From: Gammaproteobacteria bacterium
GTDB lineage: Bacteria; Pseudomonadota; Gammaproteobacteria; Ga0077536
Direction: 5' to 3'
NCBI GenBank assembly: GCA_963662545.2
Contig: CAXXLL010000003.1
Location: 96,001 to 160,000, forward strand
Length of the DNA stretch: 64,000 nucleotides
Shown here: one piece after another, positions 20,725 to 30,380 of the stretch
Position numbering within the stretch: position 1 is the first letter of the stretch
Layout: each line of letters begins with the position of its first letter
Notes under the pieces: generated by a model
Told to the model about the DNA's origin: nothing
The model's database searches: none
What the model saw: only the letters and a program-made list of their open reading frames with translations
Position numbers and translations under genes: made by a program

Positions 20725-21120
20725 CTCGAATGCGGCGGTTATTTAATGGGCATTGGCACCCACCTCGGCACCGTGACGTTCTACCATTGCATCGAAGATT
20801 TAAACGACGACTTCCCATTCAACGTTTACTCCGACGACTCGCCGTTTGACGTACGTTGCATCGATTGGAGCGGCGAGGTTCACGCGCTTACGTTGTCAGG
20901 CCATGGTCCCTCGCAGAGCCGCATCGACCGCCCGGAAAACGATGCCATACGCGGCTATTTCACCAATCGATTCGAACGCAAGGCCGGGCTTGAATGGTTT
21001 ACCGTGGGACAAACGAAAGGCTGGTTTGTGGCCATGCCTCCCATGTACGAGGAATGCCTAGCTATGCTGGCCGAGGGCGTCACGATCTATACGAACGGAG
21101 ATGAACTGCCCAATACCTAA
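20725..21120 (+). pseudogene. 3' part of an unknown gene cut by IS21
   Basis: Open frame running from the IS end to TAA; the listed start (20650) lies inside the IS. Confidence 0.45.
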
Positions 21121-21274
21121 GACCCCGTACATTTGTGCCATTTGAAATTCCACCGCCCGCACCTGAAATTTCGAAGAGCGGACAAGACTCGCTTGTCTGG
21201 TCAGACCCTTCAACGCCTGCCGCGCGATTGGCAACCGAATGATTTGACAGATTTCTCCACGACCTGGACCGAAA

Positions 21275-22339
21275 TCAGAGTCTCCGCGCATGGATATAGT
21301 CCGCACCGTTGTCCGGTACCAGATGGTCCGCAACGGTGACCAAGCGCCGTACGTGCCGCCAGTGCGAACCGGCGGAGAACCAGGGCCGGTAACGCGTCAG
21401 TCCGTGCCACCGTACGACGCCGGCTTCCAGCGCGCGACACGTGTCCTGCTCGATAACATCCAGGTCCCGCCCTTCCCGTATGGCCGCTAAGGCCTCCCCA
21501 AAAAACCCGTAGAGGCAGATGCTCACGACGTGCATGCGCAGCTGAATCTCGTCAAACTCAGGCTGACGGTTGGCAAGCGGACGGAAATACAGGACGTCGA
21601 CCTCCCAGATTCGCCGGGAAAGACTTGGCGAATAGTCATAGACATTCAGCACATTCGTCAGCACTGATCGACTCCCGTGAAGCGAACGCGGCTGCCGATC
21701 CGGCCACAAATCGAGTAACTCGAAACCCTTGCCGGTCATCAGTGCGTGAATATCGCAAAATGTTGGATAGCCGGGCTCGTGTTCGTGCATGGCTGCTTCC
21801 AACTCGACAAGTGAGCATTCGGGCAGAACGGTATTGGCCAAGCCTTCCAGTATTTCGAGTTCACACCCCTGCACATCGAGTTTCAGCAGATCGATCCGGT
21901 TTACACCGATCGATTCGAAGAATTTACCCGAAGCTTCGGTCTTCAGCGTTCGCGTCGTGATCGGCAGCAAATACTCGGATGTCGTATAAGCCCTGACGAG
22001 GTCGTTGTCAGGATTGAACAGGGACGAGCCGCTCGGTGCGGCTGTCACATAGAGAGTGCGCTCACCACCTTCTTTTGACAGCGCCACCGGAAACACCTGG
22101 TAATCTCCACTGTTACCGCGTGCCGCGTGCCGCTTTTTCATGCGCTCGCATGCTTCTTCGTCGGGCTCGACGCAAATGAATTGGGCGTTCTCCTCTAGAT
22201 CCAGCCACGGCTCCGGCAGGTCGCCGCTCGCGCCGATATCCACGGCCACCGGCGTGTATCCGTCCAGCAAAGATCCGATCGCGTTTCGAAGTGCCGCCCG
22301 TTTACGCGAGCGACGCCACGACATAATCCATTCAATCAT
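21275..22339 (-). CDS. FkbM-family methyltransferase
   Basis: VDIGASG, VEPD, SSLF, IDLLKLDVQGCELEILEG. Confidence 0.85.
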   Translation of the reverse strand: MIEWIMSWRRSRKRAALRNAIGSLLDGYTPVAVDIGASGDLPEPWLDLEENAQFICVEPDEEACERMKKRHAARGNSGDYQVFPVALSKEGGERTLYVTAAPSGSSLFNPDNDLVRAYTTSEYLLPITTRTLKTEASGKFFESIGVNRIDLLKLDVQGCELEILEGLANTVLPECSLVELEAAMHEHEPGYPTFCDIHALMTGKGFELLDLWPDRQPRSLHGSRSVLTNVLNVYDYSPSLSRRIWEVDVLYFRPLANRQPEFDEIQLRMHVVSICLYGFFGEALAAIREGRDLDVIEQDTCRALEAGVVRWHGLTRYRPWFSAGSHWRHVRRLVTVADHLVPDNGADYIHARRL

Positions 22340-22413
22340 GCTTGCCTTCGCGCACTCGCTGATTCGCGTGCTCGACCGTTCAAGCCCTGCATTGATCGGC
22401 CTTCAGTGACCCG

Positions 22414-22966
22414 TCAAATCTTGGTAGCGACGACGAGCGTATATGGGGTCGCCATGTGCCCGAGGAATCGCAGCGGGGGTAGCCGCCGTATCACAGTGAA
22501 CACTATCCTGCGCAACGCCGTAGTGCTAGTCACGGCACTAAAATCAAACCGGTCCAGGGCCTGTAACCCACGTTTCTTGAGTTCCTTTCGGAGACCGTAA
22601 TAAGGGAACCAATGGACGGCCGGATAGGTCGCGTAGTTGACGAGTTCAGGTCGGGTCGTTACAGAAAGCCGTTCGTAGTAATGTTTGAGTCTCGCGGGGT
22701 ACCAACTATATAAGGGCAATTCGAATTCCTGCTGTGCCGGGCACAGTATATTGCTGGTGCTCAAGTAAAGGACTCCTCCCGGCTTCAAGATCCTGACCGC
22801 CTCGTCGAGGCAACGCCGCCAATCAGCCACGTGCTCGAGCAGTTCCGGCATCAGGCATAAGTCCATAGCTTCGTCGTCCCATGGTAGTTCGGTCGCGCTG
22901 CCGACGACGTACTCGATGTCCAGCCCCTGCTCTTTCGCCCTTTGGCAAGCGATCTCAATTAATGGT
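22414..22966 (-). pseudogene. Class I SAM methyltransferase, 5'-truncated
   Basis: Frame extends to PLIEIACQRAKEQGLDIEYVVGSATELPW...LLEHV...LKPGG; motif I (GxGxG) and start are missing. Confidence 0.8.
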
Positions 22967-23073
22967 GATGTCTCGCTTCATCTGCATACTCGATCACAGC
23001 CGCCGTGACATGGCAAGTTAATTTACGACACCGTCCTTCGTGAGCGTGGTTTTCAGAAGCGGGCTAGTCTAGG

Positions 23074-24300
23074 TCAAACTTTTTCTGTCAAGCGCATCTG
23101 ACGCCAAACGACACACCCGACCACTATTGTTGCGCCTAAATGCATCGCTCCAACAACGAGCCATTGCGGCAACAATAACGCACCCGCCGATGTAAATAGG
23201 CTATAACGTCCAAGGTAGATCACGCTAAAAGTAATTGCGCCAAGACAACCACCGAAAGCGATCCATTTCATCCAATCCGATAATCGGTACGCCGTTGGAT
23301 AGAACCAATCCAGATGGCGTTCGAACCACAGCACCGCAAACGGTAATAACCATGGCGCGAACATGAATCCGATCCGAATTTCGCGTACCCGTGCAAGCGC
23401 GATGTTAGTGACTAAGATCAATAGCAGCACTATTGGCGCGGACAGGTAGAGGACGCGCCAACTATTCGGGAGCTGATTGCGGATTCGAATTGCTTCAAAG
23501 TAACCGGCCACACCGATAGGCCACAATACACCGAAAACCATCGCCAAGAAGAACACACTTTCAATTGGGAACTCGACGTTACGCGTTGCCCCATCAAAGG
23601 GCCGATAACTTTGAACCCCCAGCCACCATCGAGTTGCAAGCAACGTCAGCGGCGCAATAGCACTTAATACGATGCGTTCCCGTAAGCGGCCCGAGCCAGC
23701 GACTAAGTATGTAAAGGACAATACAAGCGTTGTCTCGCGTGTGAGCGCTCCGAAAACAGAAAACAATACCATGAGAATTCGGTTGCCGCGTATTAGCGCA
23801 ACTAATCCGAATATGACGAGTAAATAAGCCAGTGGGTCTTCGCGAGTATGTACCGGAAAAACGTAGGCAAGTAGTATCGGAGGCGACAGGAAAAACAATG
23901 CGATGGCAAATTGCGCGGAGCTATCGGAGAACCCCAAGACTTTAGCGTATTGGTGAAAAGCAACGCCGGTGATAGCAAGGCAAAGGAAACTCAAGGTAAT
24001 GAATGTTGCGAAGAAGAATTCACTCGATTCGGACGGTGAAACTGCAGAGTAGACGCCCTCCACGACCCATTGAAAGAGGACTCGATATCTCATTGCGGGC
24101 CTTTCCGATATGTTCCAGTCCTGAGGTGAATGAGCCGGGGACGTGAGCTCGGCCGCTAAGGCCGATGAATCTCTAAAGCTGCCGTAGTCCGATATCGCGA
24201 AAAGCCAAACGACGAATAGACAAGCGCCCAGAATGAGTGTTGTTCTCACTTTGCCATCCCGGGAATGCCCGCGACATTCCCCACTTTTAACCAACGGCAC
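23074..24300 (-). CDS. Polytopic membrane protein (possible GT-C glycosyltransferase or polymerase)
   Basis: Roughly ten hydrophobic segments, R..LTRET-type loops; lower GC. Confidence 0.55.
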   Translation of the reverse strand: MPLVKSGECRGHSRDGKVRTTLILGACLFVVWLFAISDYGSFRDSSALAAELTSPAHSPQDWNISERPAMRYRVLFQWVVEGVYSAVSPSESSEFFFATFITLSFLCLAITGVAFHQYAKVLGFSDSSAQFAIALFFLSPPILLAYVFPVHTREDPLAYLLVIFGLVALIRGNRILMVLFSVFGALTRETTLVLSFTYLVAGSGRLRERIVLSAIAPLTLLATRWWLGVQSYRPFDGATRNVEFPIESVFFLAMVFGVLWPIGVAGYFEAIRIRNQLPNSWRVLYLSAPIVLLLILVTNIALARVREIRIGFMFAPWLLPFAVLWFERHLDWFYPTAYRLSDWMKWIAFGGCLGAITFSVIYLGRYSLFTSAGALLLPQWLVVGAMHLGATIVVGCVVWRQMRLTEKV

Positions 24301-24386
24301 CGAATACAGGCAATCCGCGCTATTGTGAAAATCATTCGAACATACTTCCTTCCCACAATGGAAAGAATTCCGGCGGACCGCCGATT

Positions 24387-24445
24387 TGATCTTCCCCCGA
24401 TAAGGCGGACATTAGTTTAAGCGGCATTATTCGGTTCGTACACTA
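24387..24445 (-). mobile_element. IS3-family right-end remnant
   Basis: TGATCTTCCCCC...GGACA terminus preceded on the minus strand by ...YEPNNAA*, like an OrfB tail. Confidence 0.45.
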
Positions 24446-24446
24446 T

Positions 24447-24903
24447 GTGCTTCCGCATGTGCGGCATATTTTCATCATGCGAAATCCGATTGACCGAGAA
24501 TGGTCTGCGGCACTAATGAGCCTCGTGAAGCGCAGCGGCAAGCGATACGAAGACGTACCCGAGCATTCCTTCAGCGAACATTTTCGCGCTTCGCCATCTG
24601 TAAGGCGAGGAGACTGCCTTACGACACTCGAGAACTGGCTTACCTATTTTCTTCGGAGCAGCTGCTGATTGAATTATTCAAGGACATTTCGACGCAGCCG
24701 CGTGACCTTCTTGGTCGCGTATTCGCGCACATCCGCGTTTCGAGCGAAGTCCATTGGAACCAGTTTCCATTCGAGCAGAACCCGAACAGAGCATCGAAAT
24801 GCCCCCGCAGTTTCGAGAGTTCCTGAACGACATGTACTGCGACGACATCGAGCAACTCTACGATCGTTTTGGGGATCGCGTAGCAGGATGGCGCGTCGCG
24901 TGA
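24447..24903 (+). pseudogene. Sulfotransferase 3' fragment, frameshifted
   Basis: IFIMRNPIDREWS (3'-PB motif), LENWL.YF, then frame changes (EQLLIELF.DI..QP); the 5'-PSB motif is missing. Confidence 0.7.
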
Positions 24904-25405
24904 AGCTGTACACGCTTGCTTCTTCATAGTCGTCCGCGGCACCGTTAGTCTAAGATTGCGTCGGCCCCACTTCACACAGCGTATCTAAATGTTAGAGCGC
25001 GTTGCGATAGTTTTTGATGACGACGCTTTTTGGAATCACGTGCTTAAGAGTTCGTGGCAGCAGGCCGATAAACATTCGAATCAGTGCTTCGGCACCCCGC
25101 TCCAGTTGCACTTTCTTTTGAGCAAGGGTGCTGACCACGGCTAACAGCAGCCAAGTTAAACGCCCGTGCCAACAGCCTGCTCGCAAAAGAGCCGATTCGG
25201 AGAGATCCTCAACATCCTCGGGTTACGAACTTCAGTGCGTCCGCCGCTGTTAAAAAGAGTAGCAGGCACAATTCTGTGACTGTGAGGAAGTCACGAAGTC
25301 GAGTATCGTACGATTATCTGAGACTTCGACTGAAAATGACCCGCCTTCCAATCACCGCCTTCGCGAACACCCGCTGGGGCTCGGCATTCCAGTGCTACAT
25401 GCTCG

Positions 25406-26287
25406 ATGCCTAGACCCAACTTTTTCCTTATTGGTTCGATGAAGTCCGGGACCTCTTCGATGCACCGATATCTCGCAACTCACCCGGACATATTCATGTC
25501 GGAGGACAAGGAGCCCAGCTACTTCGTCGAGCCTGAAACTTTGAAGGTACTGTGGCCAGCAATGTACGCAAAGCGATACTGGGAGAATCTCGAGAATTAC
25601 CTCTCCTTATTCGCCGGCGCCGGCCAGGCTAGGTGGATCGGAGAATCGAGTACCAATTACTCCAAGCTGCCTGTCTCGGCCGACATTGCGGAGCGAATCC
25701 ACCGTTTCGCGCCAGACGCGAAAATACTCTACTTGATGAGAGATCCCGCGCACCGCGCGCTAAGCCATTATTGGCAATCCGTGGACCGGGAGTTCGAACA
25801 GGCGGCACCCGAACACGCTCTGGTACCCGGCAGCCATTATTTCGATGTTAGCCATTACGCAATGCAGTTGCGCCCGTATCTCTCGCTGTTCCCGCGTGAT
25901 TCGGTCATGGTGCTGTCACTCGAGGAATTCGAAGCGGAACCGGACCGTGTATTCGGCGCGATCCTGCGTTGGCTCGCGGTGAGTTCCGTATTCCGTCCTG
26001 CGAATCTCGGCGAAAAATTTCACCAAACCCCATCGATTCTCTGGCAGACGCGCGCGGGGCGACTCGCGCGATTCTACCGCAAGATCTCGGTACCTAAGTT
26101 CATCCGGCGGCTATGTCCGGACGCGATGCGCTATTATGCGTGGCGCTTGGCAGTCAAACCGGTCCGCCGCGACCCGACCAGCGAGACAGCTTTAATGGCA
26201 CGGGTGCGCGAGTGGCAACGGCCGCAGATCCGGGAGCTGGAAGATCTGCTTGGGCGCCGGTTTCCGGAGTGGGTCGGTAACCCCTGA
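25406..26287 (+). CDS. Sulfotransferase
   Basis: PNFFLIGSMKSGTSS (5'-PSB), KEPSYF, GESSTNY, RDPAHRALSHY. Confidence 0.92.
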   Translation: MPRPNFFLIGSMKSGTSSMHRYLATHPDIFMSEDKEPSYFVEPETLKVLWPAMYAKRYWENLENYLSLFAGAGQARWIGESSTNYSKLPVSADIAERIHRFAPDAKILYLMRDPAHRALSHYWQSVDREFEQAAPEHALVPGSHYFDVSHYAMQLRPYLSLFPRDSVMVLSLEEFEAEPDRVFGAILRWLAVSSVFRPANLGEKFHQTPSILWQTRAGRLARFYRKISVPKFIRRLCPDAMRYYAWRLAVKPVRRDPTSETALMARVREWQRPQIRELEDLLGRRFPEWVGNP

Positions 26288-26390
26288 GATCGATTGACGC
26301 GCATGGCCGCAGGTTCTCCGGCGTCGACGTGATCCAAGACGTGAACTCGATGCTACGGATCTTCCAAGTGATGCATTCGTCTGCTTCGAA

Positions 26391-27587
26391 ATGAATGTCC
26401 TGCAGGTGTATAAGACGAGGTACCCCGAACTCGCAGGCGGCGTCGATGTCGTCGTCGCGAATCTGCTGCGTAGCACGGAACCAGGCTTCAATGTCGCCCT
26501 GCTCCGTACCGCGGAATGGACAATGCGCGGGATTGATGATCAGATCGTCGATGACGCACGGATGTTTTCGCTGCATCTTCCCTTGCCCCCCGCGAAGCCG
26601 CGTGATTTTCGCGGCTGGTTGTTTTTCGCGCGCAAGGCACCGGTCTGCCTGATGCGCTTGAGCAAACTACTGGCTCGTAATGATTTCGATCTGGTCCATC
26701 TGCACACGCTTCAGAACTACCATTTATATTTCGTGCTGGCTCAGATCTTGGGGGGGCCGCCCTTCGTCATAACCTTGCATCGCGCGGAGGTGCTGGGATT
26801 TCCAACGCGGGCGCGGCCAACACGCATCCTCTGGAAGCTGTCGCTGCGGCGGGCGGTGGCTGTCAATGCGGTATCCGAATGGCTCGCCGGGGAAGCCCGC
26901 GCGGCCTTTCCTTTCCTTCGAAACATCGACTGCATCACGAGCGGCATCGACATCGGCGTGGAGACACTGCCGGTGGGTCGCGACGTGCGGGAACGATTGT
27001 CACTGCCGGAACGCTACTGCGTCGCGATCGGGACCTTGGCGCCGTATAAGGGGCACGACATCGCAATCCGTGCATGGCGAGAGCTTGATCCTGAATACGA
27101 CGATCTCCACCTCGTCATCGTCGGTTCGGGCGCACTCCTACACGCACACCGGGACCTCGCACAGGCGTTAGGGATCTCCGGCCGCGTGCACTTCACCGGT
27201 CAGCTGGGACGTGCCGACGCCCTCGCTGTCGCGCGCGACAGCCTCGCCATGGTCATGGCGTCCAGAAACGAGGGCCAGGGTCTCGCGGTGCTCGAAGCCG
27301 GCGCCGTGTCAACTGCGATCATTTGCAGCGACATCGGTCCGTTTCGGGAAATGGTTGAACACCGCGAAACCGGTCTCTTGTTCGAGTCAGAAGATCACCA
27401 TGCTCTGGCCACCGCAGTTCAGTCCCTCGCCTCGGACCGCAAGCTTAGAGAAGGGGTTGCGAGGCGATTCTCGCAGCAGGTGCGATCGCGTTATTCGCTT
27501 GCGGAAATGTTTGCTCGCTACGCCGCGTTTTATCGCAAGGCACTCGATCGAAGGCCGGCCGAACGGCCGGCCCACCGCGTGCGATGA
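26391..27587 (+). CDS. Glycosyltransferase family 4
   Basis: GGVD, AVS, YKGHD, SRNEGQGLAVLEAG. Confidence 0.9.
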   Translation: MNVLQVYKTRYPELAGGVDVVVANLLRSTEPGFNVALLRTAEWTMRGIDDQIVDDARMFSLHLPLPPAKPRDFRGWLFFARKAPVCLMRLSKLLARNDFDLVHLHTLQNYHLYFVLAQILGGPPFVITLHRAEVLGFPTRARPTRILWKLSLRRAVAVNAVSEWLAGEARAAFPFLRNIDCITSGIDIGVETLPVGRDVRERLSLPERYCVAIGTLAPYKGHDIAIRAWRELDPEYDDLHLVIVGSGALLHAHRDLAQALGISGRVHFTGQLGRADALAVARDSLAMVMASRNEGQGLAVLEAGAVSTAIICSDIGPFREMVEHRETGLLFESEDHHALATAVQSLASDRKLREGVARRFSQQVRSRYSLAEMFARYAAFYRKALDRRPAERPAHRVR

Positions 27588-28765
27588 CCTACCGCGCCGC
27601 GCCGGTCTGCGTGATCGTGCCGACCTTTAACCGGGCGGCAACCCTGCCGGACGCGATAAATAGTATTTTAAATCAGACTGTTAAGCCAGATCAAGTGATC
27701 GTCGTTAACGATGGGTCCAGCGACGAGACCGGACAGATCGTGCTGCCTTTTCTCGACCGCGTCACCTACATCGATAAGGACAACGGCGGTAAATGCTCGG
27801 CCATCAACGCGGCGCTAGAGCAGGCCGATCAGGAGTTTGTATGGGTGTTCGACGATGACGACGTCGCGTGCGAGGATGCTATTGAGCGGCATCTCGCGGT
27901 GCTGCAGCGCAGGCCGGAGATCGGATTCACGATCAGCGGGTCCTACCGCTGCCGTGAAGAACCCGAGACCGGGCGACTCGTTGTGATTCGGGCGCACGGT
28001 GTACGCGACTTTCACGATGACGATTATCTTCTCGAGTTGATGCTGAGCTCCTACATCGCCGGCCCTTCGACCATGATCCGGCGCTCGCTGATCGAACAGG
28101 TGGGTCCTTATCGCACGGATCTCGCGCGGGTAGACGATTTCGAAATGGCGTTGCGCCTGGGGCTCGTCAGCCGGCCGGGGCGGCTCGATGATCCGAAGCC
28201 GACGTACTACCGACGCTGGCACCGGGGACTGAGGGGCTGGCAAGACCAACGATTTGGATACGACGAAAGCATCGCCCACAGCCGTGAGGAAGAGCGCATG
28301 GTCCTGCGTGACATGCACGGCCGGATTGAGCTCAGGCATTACCTGCCGCGTTCGGATTGGGACAAGCCGTTCGACCGAGCTACCGAACGCAGTGCACGGC
28401 TGCGGCGGTGGGTCGTATCGGTGCAGAAGCACCTGTGGCCCGAAGCGGGCGAGGAATTCGAAGCACTGCGCGATCTCGGCCTCGCAAGTCTCAGCCTCTG
28501 TGATCTCGTGTGGGCCCAACGCGCCTTTTCAGACCTCAACGCACTCTCAGAACTGCGCGGGGACGAAGATGCCCTGCGGCAGCTACGCGAAGGGCTGTCC
28601 GATCCCAGCGCCCGGCGCCTCCGCCTCAGCGCTCTCAAGCAGTTTTACTATCATCTCCGCGCCAGCCTCAACAAACGCGAATGGCAGCGGATCGAAGTCG
28701 CGGCCGCGGTGGGCCGCGGTATTTTCGATATACGGGGCATCCTCGACGCCTTGATGGCGAGGTAG
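27584..28765 (+). CDS. Glycosyltransferase family 2
   Basis: VIVPTFNRA, VVNDGSSD, FDDDD. Confidence 0.9.
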   Translation: MTYRAAPVCVIVPTFNRAATLPDAINSILNQTVKPDQVIVVNDGSSDETGQIVLPFLDRVTYIDKDNGGKCSAINAALEQADQEFVWVFDDDDVACEDAIERHLAVLQRRPEIGFTISGSYRCREEPETGRLVVIRAHGVRDFHDDDYLLELMLSSYIAGPSTMIRRSLIEQVGPYRTDLARVDDFEMALRLGLVSRPGRLDDPKPTYYRRWHRGLRGWQDQRFGYDESIAHSREEERMVLRDMHGRIELRHYLPRSDWDKPFDRATERSARLRRWVVSVQKHLWPEAGEEFEALRDLGLASLSLCDLVWAQRAFSDLNALSELRGDEDALRQLREGLSDPSARRLRLSALKQFYYHLRASLNKREWQRIEVAAAVGRGIFDIRGILDALMAR

Positions 28766-28779
28766 CAGGGTCGCGAACA

Positions 28780-30225
28780 ATGTCTGATTTTCGCCGCGCG
28801 GTGGTCCAGGCCACGACGGGCCAGTATATCTCGCTGCTCATCGGGTTCGCCTCGATCCTCGTCCTCGCACGCCTGCTGCTTCCCGAGGAAGTCGGCGTAT
28901 TTTCCGTCGGTGCTTCGGTCCTCGCGATCATCCACGTGTTCCGCGATTTCGGGATCGCCCAATATGTCGTGCGCGAACCGGAACTCACCGATGTCAAGCT
29001 GGGCACGTGTTTCTCGCTCTCGGTTGTCATCGCATGGATTTTCGCTGGATTTTTACTCGCCGCCGTTCCGAGCATAGCAACGTTCTACGAGCAGCCCGGG
29101 CTGAAGACGGTTTTGTGGATCCTGTCGGCGGGCCTGATGCTCGTACCCTTCAACAGCGTTCGGATGGCGCTGCTCCGCCGGGACATGCGATTCGACATTC
29201 TGTTCTTCGCGGATATCGCCAGTGCCTCGGCCAATGCGGTCGTTGCGATTACTCTGGCACTTCTGGGTTACGGTTTCGTCAGCCTCGCTTGGGGTGCACT
29301 CGCTTCGATCGGCGCGACGTTTCTGCTAGTGCAGTTATCCAGCGCAGGAGACCGCCACTTTCGGCCCGCCTTTTCCGAGTGGCGTAGCGTCTGCAGTTTC
29401 GGAGGCCTTGCACTCAGTCTAAACCTCGTAACGCGCGTCGGCAACAAAGCTCCGGATCTCATCATCGGTAAATCATCGGGCATGTTCGAGGTCGGGATTC
29501 TCTCCCGCGCGCGCGGATTGGTCGATCTGCTGCAAACGAGTTTTCTGAACACCATCAGCACTGTCACGTATTCGCAGATCTCCCGAAAATTCCGTGAGGG
29601 TAAGCCGCTGGGACAGGACTACCTGGTTGCCGTGTCCTACCTGAGCGTAATCGCGTGGCCATGCTACGCCTTCGTTTTAATCAATGCCGCTCAAATCATA
29701 CGCCTGCTATTCGGGCCGAACTGGGATGCCTCGGCGGCCCTGGTCGAAGTGTTGGTGCTAACGGGCTTCTTCGCGCCATTCTGGGTCTTTAACGGAACCT
29801 TTTTCACGACGATTGGAAAAATCGGCGTGCAATTTCGCATCCAGGCGGTTTCTCACTTCTTTAAAATCTGCGCGTGGCTGCTCGCTATTCCGTACGATCT
29901 GATGGCGGCCATTGCCGCCTACGTCGTGGTGCACTGTGCGACGGTGGTAGTGTCCTGCATAGTGCTGACCCGGACGCTTGAAATTCGCGCGAGCGATGCG
30001 CTCCGCCGCACCTTGCTCAGCCTGGCGGTTACCATTGGGGCGATATCGGTGCCCGTCCTCTCGCAAATCGCAGCGCTGGACCAGCGCATCGGAGCCAACG
30101 GCAGCCTGATCCTGAGCGCGGCTGCGCTCGCGCCGTGCTGGATTGGCGCCGTCTATCTGTTCCGTCATCCCATCCGCCGCGAAATCGATATCGGCATCGG
30201 TAAGCTGCGTGCGGCGTTCGGATAG
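28780..30225 (+). CDS. Wzx/PST-family flippase
   Basis: ATG at 28780; LARLLLPEEVG, DFGI.QY; many TM helices. Confidence 0.88.
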   Translation: MSDFRRAVVQATTGQYISLLIGFASILVLARLLLPEEVGVFSVGASVLAIIHVFRDFGIAQYVVREPELTDVKLGTCFSLSVVIAWIFAGFLLAAVPSIATFYEQPGLKTVLWILSAGLMLVPFNSVRMALLRRDMRFDILFFADIASASANAVVAITLALLGYGFVSLAWGALASIGATFLLVQLSSAGDRHFRPAFSEWRSVCSFGGLALSLNLVTRVGNKAPDLIIGKSSGMFEVGILSRARGLVDLLQTSFLNTISTVTYSQISRKFREGKPLGQDYLVAVSYLSVIAWPCYAFVLINAAQIIRLLFGPNWDASAALVEVLVLTGFFAPFWVFNGTFFTTIGKIGVQFRIQAVSHFFKICAWLLAIPYDLMAAIAAYVVVHCATVVVSCIVLTRTLEIRASDALRRTLLSLAVTIGAISVPVLSQIAALDQRIGANGSLILSAAALAPCWIGAVYLFRHPIRREIDIGIGKLRAAFG

Positions 30226-30380
30226 CAAACCCGCCTATTGCGCGAAGACGGTCGCGGCGCTAAGAGAATTAATTGAGCAAACAGAATTAATCGGGCCATT
30301 CAAGCGCCGCAGTAGGAGAATGGTGAAAGATTCGGGCGAGGTCGTCCCCGAGAGGGGTCTCATCCGTGACCCGCCTCCTC

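Noticed and set aside
28510-28779. N-terminal 90 aa of the 571-aa flippase ORF
   Set aside because: Overlaps the GT2 gene; the ATG at 28780 gives a normal-length flippase
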